In this document: positions 37,802 to 50,808 of the stretch, one piece after another | Numbering within the stretch: the stretch's first letter is position 1 | Layout: each line of letters starts with the position of its first letter | Source: Ostreococcus lucimarinus | Taxonomy: Eukaryota | Assembly: GCA_000092065.1 (NCBI GenBank) | Contig: CP000585.1 | Reading direction: 5' to 3' (one strand) | DNA length: 64,000 nt | Notes under the pieces: model-generated | Database searches by the model: none | What the model saw: the letters and a program-made list of their open reading frames with translations, nothing else | Told to the model about the DNA's origin: nothing | Position numbers and translations under genes: made by a program

Positions 37802-40800
37802 CTATTCCATGATGTCGTCGACAGCGCCACCGAAGCGGCCCCACAAACCAGATCGGCGAGCGACGGGCTGTTCGGGCTCTTTCTCAGGTTCATCATCGAG
37901 GACGCTCTCGTCGACGGATTCTCCGGGTGCAAGCGCACGGCTCTCGACGATTATTTCGTTGCCGTCAGAGTCATACTCGACGATTTCAAGAATCTCTTCC
38001 GTCTCTTCAAGGTAACCAGGTTCTTCTTCCTGCTCGCCGTCTTCACTCGGTTCATCTTCAACTTCTGTGTCGTAGGTCGTGGCGATCTCGACGCGCGAGC
38101 CATACCTGCGCTCCATCGATTCTTCCACGTCGTACACGACGGTGGGTTTGGATGTAGGTGAAGGCGCGCTTCGAATCGGTTCTACTGGCTCCGGCTCGGG
38201 TCGCTTTGGAATTTCCGGCATCTCGAACGTTGGCTCGTCGCCCAAGTCAAAGTTCACCGTGGTCGAACCGACGTTCGGATCTGCCATCTTTGGCTCGGGT
38301 CTAGCCATGAGCTTGTCCCGTTCCGATCTCAACTCGTTTAGCTCCGCCAGCTGAGATTTACAGGTTTCGTGACACTCATCGAGAAGCTTCTGCAGTTCTG
38401 CGGTGCCGTCGTCATGCGGCTGTGATTTCGCAAGCACCAATGCCCTCTTAAGCTCCGCGATCTCCACCTTGAGTGTGATTAGGAACTCTTCAGCGCCTTG
38501 AGCGCGTTTGTCATTCATTCTAGCCCAGTTCTCGGCGTACTCGACGGCCTCTTGGCTTGACTTGATCTCGTCTTCCAACGTGGTGACTTCTTCTCGCGTG
38601 GACGCGAGTTCGATTTCAAGGTCGTGAATTTTAGCCCGAGTTGCAGCCGAATCGCCTGTCGCACCAGCGGCTTCGAGCTTCGCGGCCGCAATAGCCTTTA
38701 CAGACTTCTCGCGTTCATCGCTCAATTCATCTTCGAGATCACTGATTCGCTCTTTGAGTGCAGCCAGCTTGCCACGCAAGTCTTCTTCGTACTCAATTCG
38801 CACATTCGAAAGCTCGCTGCGCAACTTCGTAATCTTCGCGTCGCTCGCCTTTTGGATGCGCTGACTTTCAAACATAAGTTCTTCTTGCTCGGCCGCGTAT
38901 TCTTGGACTTGCGCGCGAAGCTTAGCCAATTCAACTTCGGCGTCGTTTAACTGTTCTTGTGTACGTTCGAGCTTCCGCTGAATCAAGTCAGCATTTTGTC
39001 TGGCTTCAATCTGGAAGAAGTTGAACTCCTTCGTGATAAAGTCCTTGGCGACACGCAAACGTTCGAGCTCGGCGAGAGCCTCGTCGAGTTCCTCCTTGAG
39101 AGATACATTTTCGTCGTTCAGCTTCTTGCCTGCGCTGATGAGGTCGGCACTCTTTGAGCTCACTCGTTCGGCTTCAGCGCCGAGCTCATTCTGAGTGCTC
39201 TCGTACTCAGCCTTGAGTTCCTTCACCTGCAACTCAAGACGCTCAATGAGCGTGGTTTGCGAGGTGATCTTTAAATGCAGTTCTTTCTTCACGCGCATAG
39301 TTTCCTCTGAAGCAACATTCGTCGCAGTCATCGCGGCAGTTGCCTCACGTTCTCGCGAGGACAGCTTCTCGCGTAGCGCGTGGACTTCACGTTCTCGCTT
39401 GGTGCGCTCCGTTACGAGTTCTGTTTCAAGATGTTCAACCTTCGTTCTGAGCACGTGAATCTCTCGCAGAAGATCGGGGTCGTTGCTTGATGATGCTTGA
39501 GATTTATCCTTCGCACCTCGCTCGAGCTCGTCCAATCTAAGACGGAGTTTCATCATGTCAGAAACAGCGACGTCACGCGAATCCGTCATTTCAACAAGAT
39601 CGCCCTCGAGATCTTCGATGATTCTCGCATAATCCCGCGCCGCGTTTTCGCGATCCTTGATTTCTTTACCTATGGCGAAACTGTGATCGGAAATGATCTT
39701 TTCAACTGCCGCGGCATGTTTGCGCTCGATCGAGATGATTTCTTGCTCGAGCTCTGAGATGCGCTGTCGCAGCGTTTTCACGAGTTCATCGTTCACACCT
39801 GTATTTTTCCCCTTGACGCGTTCGGCATCACTCAACTGTCGACGCAGCAAATCAAGCTCTTTCTCCAAAAGTTCTTTTTCCGAAACATGCTCGGCGGATT
39901 TCGCTTTGAGCGCGTCCAGCTCAGACTGCAACGAGGGGATGATCGACTGTTTCGCTTTCAGCTCGGCGAGCTTTTCTTGCAAAGCGGCAAGTTTCGTCTC
40001 CAACATCTTTCGTTCCTCATCGGCATTTGCCGACGCAGGCACTTGCTTTCTCAGCTCGTCCAAATCTGCTTGCAAAGTATGAATTGTTCTTGTCGCAACT
40101 TCACCGTGCACCTTTAATTCCGTTTTGAGCGACCCTGCGAAAGAAGAAGCCAGAGACAAAAGTCTCTTGTTACGAACATCACGAATCGTGCATCGTAACA
40201 ACGCCGCCCAGCGTAATTGTGCGCGTTCGGACTTGTTAAGGCCATATTGCTTGCCCTCCATATCTGCAAGTCGCTTCGCTGCAGACGCTGCGTCGGCCAT
40301 CGCTCGAGATTGCAGATCGTTGAAATCTCGCTCGAGTCGCTTAATCTTTTCCTGAGCGGCAGCATTTGCCGACGCAGGCACTTGCTTTCTCAGCTCGTCC
40401 AAATCTGCTTGCAAAGACTGAATTGTTCTTGTCGCAACTTCACCGTGCACCTTTAATTCCGTTTTGAGCGACCCTGCGAAAGAAGAAGCCAGAGACAAAA
40501 GTCTCTTGTTACGAACATCACGAATCGTGCATCGTAACAACGCCGCCCAGCGTAATTGTGCGCGTTCGGACTTGTTAAGGCCATATTGCTTGCCCTCCAT
40601 ATCTGCAAGTCGCTTCGCTGCAGACGCTGCGTCGGCCATCGCTCGAGATTGCAGATCGTTGAAATCTCGCTCGAGTCGCTTAATCTTTTCCTGAGCGGCA
40701 GCTAGGCCAACGCTTTGCTCGCCACCAGTGAGAAGCATCTTCTCCAAATCAGAAATCGTCTCATCTCGCTGCCCGATGATAGCTTGAGACTTTGTCATCT

Positions 40801-43800
40801 CGTACGAAACTCGGATCTTTTCCTTTTCGAGCTGTGAGATCTTCAACTTGAGATTAATAATCTCCTCCTGCAACGTGCGCTCTCGCGCCTCTGAGGACGC
40901 TTCAGATTCAGTGGCACCGGCGAGGCGCTTCTGCATGCCGTCGAGCTTATCCTGTAACGAATGAATGGTGATCTGGGCGGTGTTTCTGTGCGCAACGAGT
41001 TCTCGCAATGTCGCCTTGCTGTGGCCGAGAGCAATATTAAGGAAACGTCGATGGCCTTCCTTCACTTGCAAGATGCGGCACGTCGTGCGCCAACGAAGCG
41101 CGGCACGTTCTGATTTCGTGTGCATCATTGCATCATCGTGCGTTCTCTCCAATGAGACACATCTCTTTCGTAAAACATCCAACTCCTGCTCAAGCCGCTG
41201 AGCGACGCGAGCAGCATCTTCTGCGTCTACAGCAGACTGAGCCTTGAAGTCCTCGTACTGCATTCGCAACTCAGACAACTCGCGACGCGTAGTAATGGCG
41301 TCTCCCGACATCGAAGACTTCGACTTCTCCAACTCTGTTTCATGCTCCAGTAATAGCCTTTCGAGCTCCTCAACTCTTGAATCGCGAAGTCCCAAAGTAC
41401 TAGCGTGACGGAACTTGAGCACAGTGAGTTCCTTCTTCTGAATTTGCACGAGATCGGCAATTTGCTGCTCAAAGTCGGCGTGCGCTTGCTCGGCGCGTTT
41501 CGCAGCGTCAGCGGCTTCAGCGCGCATGCGCTCTCTCAATTCTCCAAGTTGCTGCTCGAAGTTCGCCACCATAAGTTGGTATCGAGATTCAGAATCTTCA
41601 GCATCCGATGCTGCTTTCGCCTTGTGCCGAGCAGACAGACTTTCGAGTAAAGTCTTAAAGTTCGCCTGCGCTTCAAGTTCGCGTTCAGCCGCTTCATCCG
41701 CCGCCGCGCGCAGTTGTTGCTCGAAATCCGCTTGCGATTGCTGCGCGCGTGCTTCAGCGCTGTCAGCATCAGCTTTCATGCGCTTGCGTAAATCCTCGAG
41801 CTGCTTCTCGTACTCTTCCTTCATCTGCAGGAAACGAGCGTGTTCAAACGTTGCATCGGACTTTGACTTATTCTTCAATCGCTCCGCCAAGTCATCGAGC
41901 TGATTTTTGAAATCAACCTGCGCTTGGTGCTCGCGCGCAGCACTTTCATCTGCGTCTATACGTGCGCGTGTGCGAAGATCTTCGATTTGCTTGTCATAGT
42001 CGGATTTCATGCTTTGGGCTCGACTCTTCGCCTTTTCCGCGTCAAGCTTGAGTTGATTCTGGAGGTCGTCCAATTGCGCAACAAGGTTCGCCTTTTCGTC
42101 CTGAAGACGCTGCAACTCCGAAGAAGCGGTGGATTTCGTGGAATCCATCGAGGACTGTGCCTCTTGAAGCAAGAGTTCAAGCTCGGCGACGCGTGCGTCG
42201 CGCACGCGTACAGTCTCGTCGAGATCTTCGAGCGCCTTCAGCTTCGCTTTCACTTCAAGCATCTGGTCATTGAGCGAGCGAATCGTCTTGTCGGACGTCG
42301 CCGCCCAGCTGCGTGCCTCGACGAGCTCGGCGGACGTAAACGATTTTACGAGTGCGACATGACGCTGGTGCAACCTTCGTGCGCGCAAGACGCGGCACAT
42401 CCAGGACCAGCGCAACGACGTTCGTTGAGACAAAGCACGCGCTTCCGCGTCTACGAGAGCCTTTTCAGCGGCTGCAAGTTGCGAGCGGAGAGCATCACCG
42501 TCATTTGAAGCCGCGCTGGTCTTCAATGATAACCCTTCCAACTCGGCCCGCAGCGTCTCAATTGTGCTCGCCAACGTCAACTTTTCTTCGGAGGAAACTT
42601 TCAGTAACTCCTTCAGATCGCTAACAGACTTCTGAAGCGCGGTTATATCATCAGCCGCTCGACTGTTTTCACCCTTCGCCGCTTGCAAAGCAATTTTATA
42701 ACCATTGACATCTTTTTCGAGTTCAATGATTCGCGCGACTCGCTTTGCTTCTTCATCCGCGCTCCATTGTGCTTGGAGAGTTTCAATTTGGCTTCGCGAC
42801 TCGGCGAGCTCGCGGCGTAAAGTGATGACGTCCCCGGTAGAAGTAGACTTCAACGCCTCCCAATCGTTCTGTGATTCAAGTAACAGAGCCTCGAGTTCGT
42901 GAATGCGTTTGTCACGAAGTCCCATAGCACTCGCTTGACGGAACTTGACAACCGCAGAATCCTTCTTGTGAACTTCAGCGAGATCAGCCAGTTGTTGCTC
43001 GAAATCCGCTTGCGATTGCTGCGCGCGTGCTTCAGCGCTGTCAGCATCAGCTTTCATGCGCTTGCGTAAATCCTCGAGCTGCTTCTCGTACTCTTCCTTC
43101 ATCTGCAGGAAACGAGCGTGTTCAAACGTTGCATCGGACTTTGACTTATTCTTCAATCGCTCCGCCAAGTCATCGAGCTGATTTTTGAAATCAACCTGCG
43201 CTTGGTGCTCGCGCGCAGCACTTTCATCTGCGTCTATACGTGCGCGTGTGCGAAGATCTTCGATTTGCTTGTCATAGTCGGATTTCATGCTTTGGGCTCG
43301 ACTCTTCGCCTTTTCCGCGTCAAGCTTGAGTTGATTCTGGAGGTCGTCCAATTGCGCAACAAGGTTCGCCTTTTCGTCCTGAAGACGCTGCAACTCCGAA
43401 GAAGCGGTGGATTTCGTGGAATCCATCGAGGACTGTGCCTCTTGAAGCAAGAGTTCAAGCTCGGCGACGCGTGCGTCGCGCACGCGTACAGTCTCGTCGA
43501 GATCTTCGAGCGCCTTCAGCTTCGCTTTCACTTCAAGCATCTGGTCATTGAGCGAGCGAATCGTCTTGTCGGACGTCGCCGCCCAGCTGCGTGCCTCGAC
43601 GAGCTCGGCGGACGTAAACGATTTTACGAGTGCGACATGACGCTGGTGCAACCTTCGTGCGCGCAAGACGCGGCACATCCAGGACCAATGCAAAGCTGCG
43701 CGCTCTGACTTGGCTTGCACGAGCGCCTTTGCGCGCGTCGTGTTGGATTCGTCGAGCTGCTCGCGAAGAATTCTGAGCTCGCCGTGCAAGCGCGAGACTT

Positions 43801-46800
43801 GACCGGAGGATGAGCTCCTCGCTGACTCAAGTGAAGTTTCATATTCACTTATAGCGGTCTCCAGACGCTGGCGTTCGAGCTCAAGTTCATTGATACGGGC
43901 TTCCTTCTCCTCAATTTCATCCTTGTGCGTGTGACGCGCAGCAGTGAGAAGTTTTTCGTGCTCGTCGATGGAAGCTTCGAGGCGCTTGACGAGCGCTTCC
44001 AATTCAGTAATACGGCGCTGATCGACGTCCTTCTTCTTCAACGATTCAAATTTCGCGCGCAATTTTTCAACCTCGGACTTGTTCTTTTCATCCGTCTTTC
44101 GAGCTGACCTATTGGCATTGTCGAGTTTTTTCTCGAGATCACGTATCGTTTCTCGCAAGGCATCCGCTTCTCTTCTGGAAACCTTCACAGCTTCGTCATA
44201 CCGCTTTTTCGAATCCTTGTCCAGCGTGTCGAGATCCCTGTTCAGTTGCTTCGCGAGTTTACCACTCTCGGAGAGTTTCTCCTCCAAATCTTTGACTTTC
44301 ATCCGCGCTTGCGACTCATCCGAAGCCATCTTACCCTTTAACGTAGTGATTTCGTCTTGATGCGCTTCTTCCTTCTTCGCGGCGTCGTCAGCGCGTTGCT
44401 TCAGTTTGGCGTTGGATTCATTCAACGACGTAATCGTGCGCTGAGTGAACTCTACGTAGAGTTTATGATCAGCTCTCATGCCACGAGTGAAGTCCTTTGA
44501 GGTATCGAAGAACCTGTCATGACGATCTCGCTGTTTGACATTCGTAAGGAGTAGTCTCCATCTTGCCGCCGCGAGCTTCGCGGATGATGTCTCCTGGAGC
44601 CCGGCATAAAGTGAACTCGTTTCGTCGAGGCGGTTACGGAGCGTCGCGCACTCCGATCTCAATCGCGACTCTTCTGAGGAGAGTCGCGCTTTTGTTGATT
44701 CCGCGCTCGACTGGAGTTCTTTCATGCCATCCTCCAAGGAGGCGATGAGCTGTTGAAGCTCCTCAATTCGAGCTTCCGACGCCTTCTTTATCCCCAGATT
44801 CTTTGCGACTTCATTTTCGAGTTGCTTCTTAAGATTACGAATTTCGTCGTTCAGAGAGTTGATCGTTCGCTCGCTTTGCTTTTCAATTGAGGCCCGATTC
44901 TTTTCCGCTTCTTCAAACTGCTTCTTCATGACGTTCAAATTGTCATCGCGTCGCTTTCGCAACATCTTGAGCTCTTCGTCAACCTTTGATTTGCTCTTTT
45001 TACTTCCTTCCAGGTCATTCTTTAGCGCCGCAACCGTGTCACCGAGCGAACGAACCGTCTTTGTCGATGCCTCCGCGTGAAGACGGTATTCAGTCCTCAT
45101 CGACTTGACAAAGTCGCGAGCTGTGTGCGTAAATCGGATGCCACGATTTCTTAGACGAAGCTCGTTGGCCAACATCGACCAGCGAATACGGACACGATCC
45201 CTCTTCGAGGCTACGTGAGCTTCCGCTTCCGCTTTCCACGCGTCTCGGATGTCTTTGATTTCCTGCTCGAGGGAGCGAGAATATGCCGTCTTCGTTTCGT
45301 GTAACGAGTTCTGATAACTTTCGACCATACCTTCGAGCACCCCAATGCGCTCGTCGCGCGCCTTCATAGCGCCGTCGGTCTGGAACATTTCGCCTTGCAT
45401 CTGTTCGATTTGCGTCTCAAATTGCTTGGATTGCTTATGCATTTCCTTCAGGTCCGTCTTCGACTTTGCTATAGTACCTTCGAGCGACTTGTTCTTGCTT
45501 ACCATATCAGCGAGCTCCTTCTTTAGCGCTGCTATTGTGTCACCAAGCGAGCGAACTGTTTTTGTCGTGCCCTCGGCGTGAAGCCGATATTCAGTCTTCA
45601 TTGACTTGGCAAAGTCCTTTGAAGTATTCAGGAATCGAAGGTGTCGCTTACGCGTGCGAAGGAGCGAGCACAATGCAGTCCAGCGGCTCGTCGCGAGTTC
45701 ACTCTGCAAGACATCGATACGCTCTCGCAAAGTTGAAATTTCGCCTTCAAGTTCACGGGAATACCGCGTTTTTGTTTCGTGCAGAGATTCCTGATACTCA
45801 CTCACCATCTTTTCAAGCGCTTGAATACGATTATCGCGGGCGGCCAACGCAAGTTCATTATTGAATTTGAATGCGTCACTCTCACGGACTTCGTTCTTCA
45901 ATGCTGCCGCAAACTGTTTCGAATTCTGGAAGAATCGATTATGCCGAGCCTTGAATGTAAGGAAGCGCGCAAAGTGAGACCAACGAAGCGTGGCCAGCTT
46001 CGATCGATGCTCGCTGTCGCCTTCTGCAAGACGCTTTTCTAACTCGACAACACTTTCCGCCAGCGATTCTTTACTTGCCATCATATCGCTGAGGTCCTTT
46101 TCAAGCCTTTTGATCGTCTTGTCACTCTCACGGACTTCGTTCTTCAATGCTGCCGCAAACTGTTTCGAATTCTGGAAGAATCGATTATGCCGAGCCTTGA
46201 ATGTAAGGAAGCGCGCAAAGTGAGACCAACGAAGCGTGGCCAGCTTCGATCGATGCTCGCTGTCGCCTTCTGCAAGACGCTTTTCTAACTCGACAACACT
46301 TTCCGCCAGCGATTCTTTACTTGCCATCATATCGCTGAGGTCCTTTTCAAGCCTTTTGATCGTCTTGTCAAGGGACCGTATCGTTGCCGTCGCCGCGGCA
46401 GCGTGCTGCCTATATTCCTCCTTCATGGATCTGGAGAAGTCCTTTGAAACAGCGTAAAATCTGGCGTGCTTTTGAATGATTCGTGATTTGCTATACATCG
46501 CGGCCCATCGCAATCTTGCCCGTTCACTCCTTCCGTTCGCGATCGCTGAAGCGTGCGCAGCCTGTTCCGAGGTCAGCCTGCTTTGAAGGCGTGCAACTTC
46601 GCCCTCGAGGTCGCGGGAATACCTCGTCTTTGTTTCGTGCAATGAGGATTGATACTCCTGCAACATTCCTTCGAGGGTCACAATGCGCTTGTCTCGAACA
46701 TCCAAGCATTCCGCGTGATCTCCCCTGAGCTTCGCAATAATCGCTCGCAGTTCATCATTGCGCTTCGTGAGTTCGGCGTTTGTTGCTTCGGCTTTGTCTT

Positions 46801-49670
46801 GCAGAGACAAATATCTTCTGTTGATCGATTCTGTACCTTTCACGGCTGAATCCAGTGAACTACGCAACGTGTCGTTCGCTTGAGCCATGTCTCGCTCTCT
46901 GGTCGCCGAGAATTCTGCATTGACGTTGTACTGATGCTTGAGAACGCTCAATTCGTCAGCAAGTGCCAGTAATTCAGACTTAGCACTGTCGCGCGATGCC
47001 GTCATGTTAAGCAAATCATTCTGCAAAAATTCAACCTTTTGCTGCCATTCCTTGACGTTCGCTGCGTGACTTCCGCGAAGTTGTCTATCCCTGGCGTCGC
47101 TCTCACTCGTCTTAAAATCAAGCTGAAGTCTGAGTTCGGCGATTTGAGCCTGAAGCTGCTGCGCGCTCACATCAGCGGCGCGCGTCTCCACTGGCCGCAT
47201 CGATTCGACATGTTGAATCTTGATGTGCTTCTCTTCAAGAATCTGGCAGCGCTGCGTAACCTCACGAATCGATTTGGTAACTGAGACCTTGTGCTGCTCG
47301 GCCATCAAAGTCGACTTGGTGGATTCGGATACCGCAACTTCAAGCTGCTTGCTCTTAATATCGAGCCTGCTCAGATCCACGGATTGCGTGTTGATGATGT
47401 TGTAGGCTTCACGCAGCTTAGCGGCCTCGTTCTGCTTCACCAATGTGAATTCCTTGTCCTTTTCGCGCAGAAGTCGTCTGTACTTGGCGACATCTTCTTC
47501 ATTCTTCGCACGCAACTGCTTACACTGCTTCTCAAGCTGAGCCATTTTCAATTGATCCGCCTCGCTCATCGACGGCACCGCGGCTGTCTCGCCATCGGTT
47601 GCACGTACCGGATATTTTTTGGCAATTTCGTTCTCAAGCGCTTGAACTCGTCGCTGATCCTTCTCACGAAGCTCGCAGACAGTCTTCAATTCAGTCTCTG
47701 TGTTAGTGAGCTTTACGAGTAGAGCGTCGTACGCGTTCTTGAGGCTTGTTCCGCGAATGGACGCGCGCCATTTTGCAACACCGAGCGCGGCGCGACGGTC
47801 GGATAACTCGGCTGTTCTCGACTCGAGTTCGCGTTCAATGCCCGTGATTTGATCGCTAAGACTATCGATCTTCTCGTCTCGGCTACGAAGGTCACGAATG
47901 TACGACGCGTGATCCGTTTTCAATTCGAGGATTTCTGCATCTTTACTCTTTAGTGACGATTCGAGCAACCCCAAAGAGTCCGCAGCGGCTTGCTTCTGAC
48001 TCTCCATCGACGCTTGTGCGGATTTGAATGCCTCAGTGCTGGAGTGTTTCAACTCTTGGAGCGCAGCCTCACCGTCGGAGATCTGCTGTCGCAGTTGCGC
48101 AATGATAGTATTCGACTTGATGACGTGCGCGCTGTGCGCCTGTTGAGCCGCCGAGTGATCAGCGTCGAGTTTCTCCGACGCATCTCGAAGAGTCGCGATT
48201 TCCTTACGTAACTCATCGATCAACGCGGCGTTTCGCTCGTTGTCGCGGCTTTGTAACTCCTCTTTTGACTTGAGCTGCACTTGAGACTCAACTTCATCCT
48301 TCCGTAACTTTTCTATGGTGTCCAAATACTCAAGCATGCGCGTCTTGAGCGCAAAGTTTTGCATTCGCGAAGTTAAGTGCGCGAACGTCAATCCGGTTCT
48401 CCGCTCGATCAACGTTCGTTCAACGTCCGGCACACCCTGATTGGAATTGTAGTGAAGTGTGTGACGGTCGCTTGTCATCAAGTCACGGATTTTCGCACGG
48501 CAAACTTGAAGTTCTTCCTCTATCAAATGCTTGCGGCCTCGGACACTTTCTTCGCGCGATTCCGCTTTGGACAAGAGACGCATCAGTCGCGAAATCTCGG
48601 CGCGTAGATTCGTCCGATCCGTGTCAAACTTAGTGCGATCTCGCTTGCGCGACTTTTCACTCTGCGTGATCTTCGTGCGAATAATGGTCGTCTCGCGTAC
48701 GTGCGACTCAATGCTCTCCTTCAACTTGCGCTCAATCACCGTCGTCGTGCTCTGCGACTGCTCCAACTCCTTCGTTAGAAGCTTGATTTCTGAGGTGAGC
48801 TTCTTCGAAGTGGTTTGAAGTTCTTTCGTCGCGCTGTCGCGCTCGCCCGTCACAGCGTTGATCCGCACTCTTAAAGCATTGAGTTCATCCTTCAGGCGAT
48901 CGACTTCTTCGGACTTGCCATCGAGGCTCTTCTTGAGAGCAGCGTTTTCGATTTCAAGTTTGTGTTTGTCATCTTCCAACTTCGCGAAGGCCTCGTTGGT
49001 TGATATAGAGATGTTAATCGACGACTTGATGTCATACGAGCTCTTTAACTCGATTTCAAGCTTCGAAATGCGCTCCTGCGCGTTCGCGTTGATTTTCTCG
49101 AGCTCGATGATGTCCTTCTTCAACTTGGCGTTCAAGTCGTCGAGTTGATCGCGCTTGCGGCGTTCGTCGAGCGCATTTTGCTTAGTCACTCGATTCGCGG
49201 CCTCAATAGCAGCCTCGAGAGAGCGCTTTGCCTTTACTCGATCCTTCTCCGCGTTTGCAGTCAGTTCTTGAATCTTCTTTTCCATATGTGCCTTGAGGTC
49301 GTTCAACTCTTGCTCGAGCGCGGCCTTCGCCGAACGCTCCTCGCCGAGCCAGCGCGTGTGCTCCTCGAGCGCGGCTTCTGCGGTCGCGCGTCGCTTGTGA
49401 CAGTCGCCACAATCATTGCGCTCTGCACGAAGCGCTTCTTCTGCACGTAACGCTCGAACGCGCCAACTATCATCGACAGTCTTGACTCCGCCGTCTGTGC
49501 CTCGCCATGCTTCGAGCAGGGCAAGCGGTTCAACACGAAAACTCACCCCCATGGGGTTATCGACGCGTTTAATGAGCGGACTCGTGCTCAACTCGGGTTC
49601 ATCGTGCACGTCAGACCCATTCGTTAACCCATCCAACAGTCGAGAGATGGCGCTTGCGGAATCTTCTTTT

Positions 49671-49711
<41 letters not shown>

Positions 49712-49981
49712 TGCCTTGGGCTTGGGCTTCTCTCTCTTCGGCCTTGGCGACGGCGAGCGCCTCTCTCTCGCCTCGCGCGGCCGATTTATGAAATCATCCC
49801 GACTTTGTCTGGTATCGACCCCCAAAAGCATCCCTTTGAAGAAATTCACTGATTTCCCGTTCGCCTCCCCGTTCTTGGCCCCCGTCCTCGTCTTACCGTC
49901 CGTCGGCGGAAGTTCGCACCCTTCGCCGCCGAATCGGCACTCTGCGCGCGCGCGAGCGATCATCGCACCATCGTCAATCAT
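37802..49981 (-). CDS. Giant single-exon gene encoding a roughly 4059-aa coiled-coil protein. The N-terminus has a 12-residue poly-Pro run. The body is highly repetitive: at least 12 copies of a roughly 60-aa 'SERAxLRW..(L)..R..R(F/L)F.TSKDF..SM..EY.LH.E...KT(I/V)RSL' module separated by heptad coiled coil, with three exact internal tandem duplications.
   Basis: Uninterrupted 12.2-kb ORF. The ORF-track start at 49987 is TTG; the first ATG is at 49979-49981. Identical plus-strand shadow ORFs (40125..40355 = 40464..40694; 41924..~42400 = 43202..~43690; 45990..46223 ≈ 46236..46457) reveal tandem duplications of 339 bp, 1278 bp and 246 bp. The C-terminus is acidic (DEPSEDGEQEEEPGYLEETEE). Confidence 0.7.
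49693..49731. repeat. (GGC)n trinucleotide microsatellite (about 13 units) encoding poly-Pro on the minus strand within the giant gene's N-terminal region
   Basis: ccggcggcggcggcggcggcggcggcggcggcggcggcg. Confidence 0.7.
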
Positions 49982-50808
49982 CGTCAATCGCGGTCATCGC
50001 GCGCGTTCCGATTCGCGCGCGTTCGCCTCGCCTTCGCTCGCCTCGCCTCGCCTCGCCCGCCGCGTTCAACCGCACGTACTCGCCAACCATTCAAATTTAT
50101 CGCTCCGCATCGACGCCAACGTCTCATCCGACCCCTTCGTCGTCCTCGCCCAATCCTCGCGTCCGATCGGCGTCGTCGGTCGCGCGCTCATCGCGCCTCG
50201 ATCGCCTCCGCGCCGGTCTCACGCGCGCGAACGCGACGCGATTCGAACGTTCGTTGATTCGCAATCGCAATCGCGATTCGTTCCGTGGGACGACCGTCCG
50301 CGCGGTCTCGTTCGCGTCGTTCGCGTTCGCTCGCGGTGCGCGCGCGCGTGCGTTCGCTCGCGCTCGCGCTCGCGCTCGCGCTCGCGTCGACGGCGCCGAA
50401 CACTGCCGCGCGCGCGCCTTCGGAATTGAATTCCCGAATCGAGGCCGACGCGTCATCCTCGCGCTCGACGAGTCACGACCCGTCGCGAGTGGATTTCTCA
50501 TAATACACACACGGACCGTCGCCGCCGCGGCGCCGCGCGAAGGGTCGGTCGCGCGAGTGCGCGGCGCGGACCTCGCGCGCGCGTCGAGCGACGCGTTCGC
50601 GCGCGCGCGGATCGACGCGCGCGAGCGCCCGAAGCGTCCGCGCGGACGCGCGACGGCGTCGACGCGAAAAAGCGGCGACGCGCGGTGGAATCGCGACGAA
50701 AGGACGCCGAACGGACGGACGCGGAGAATCGAACGAGCGACGGCGTGACGCGCGAGCGGACGCGCGCGCGCGCGAGTGGACGCGCGTCGGACGCGAGCGT
50801 CGAAGACG
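49982..50808. promoter_or_regulatory. Roughly 0.8-kb CGCG-rich head-to-head spacer between the giant coiled-coil gene (-) and the ACT-kinase gene (+), containing (CGCCTCG)n at about 50030-50060 and (GCTCGC)n at about 50354-50392
   Basis: Divergent start codons at 49981 and 50809. Internal ORFs are R/A-rich GC artefacts. Confidence 0.3.

Noticed and set aside
40125-46457. Identical plus-strand ORF pairs (40125/40464, 41924/43202, 45990/46236) inside the giant gene, considered as possible CRISPR-like or satellite repeats
   Set aside because: The periods of 246 to 1278 bp are in-frame coding duplications of the minus-strand giant ORF, not short spacer-interleaved repeats.
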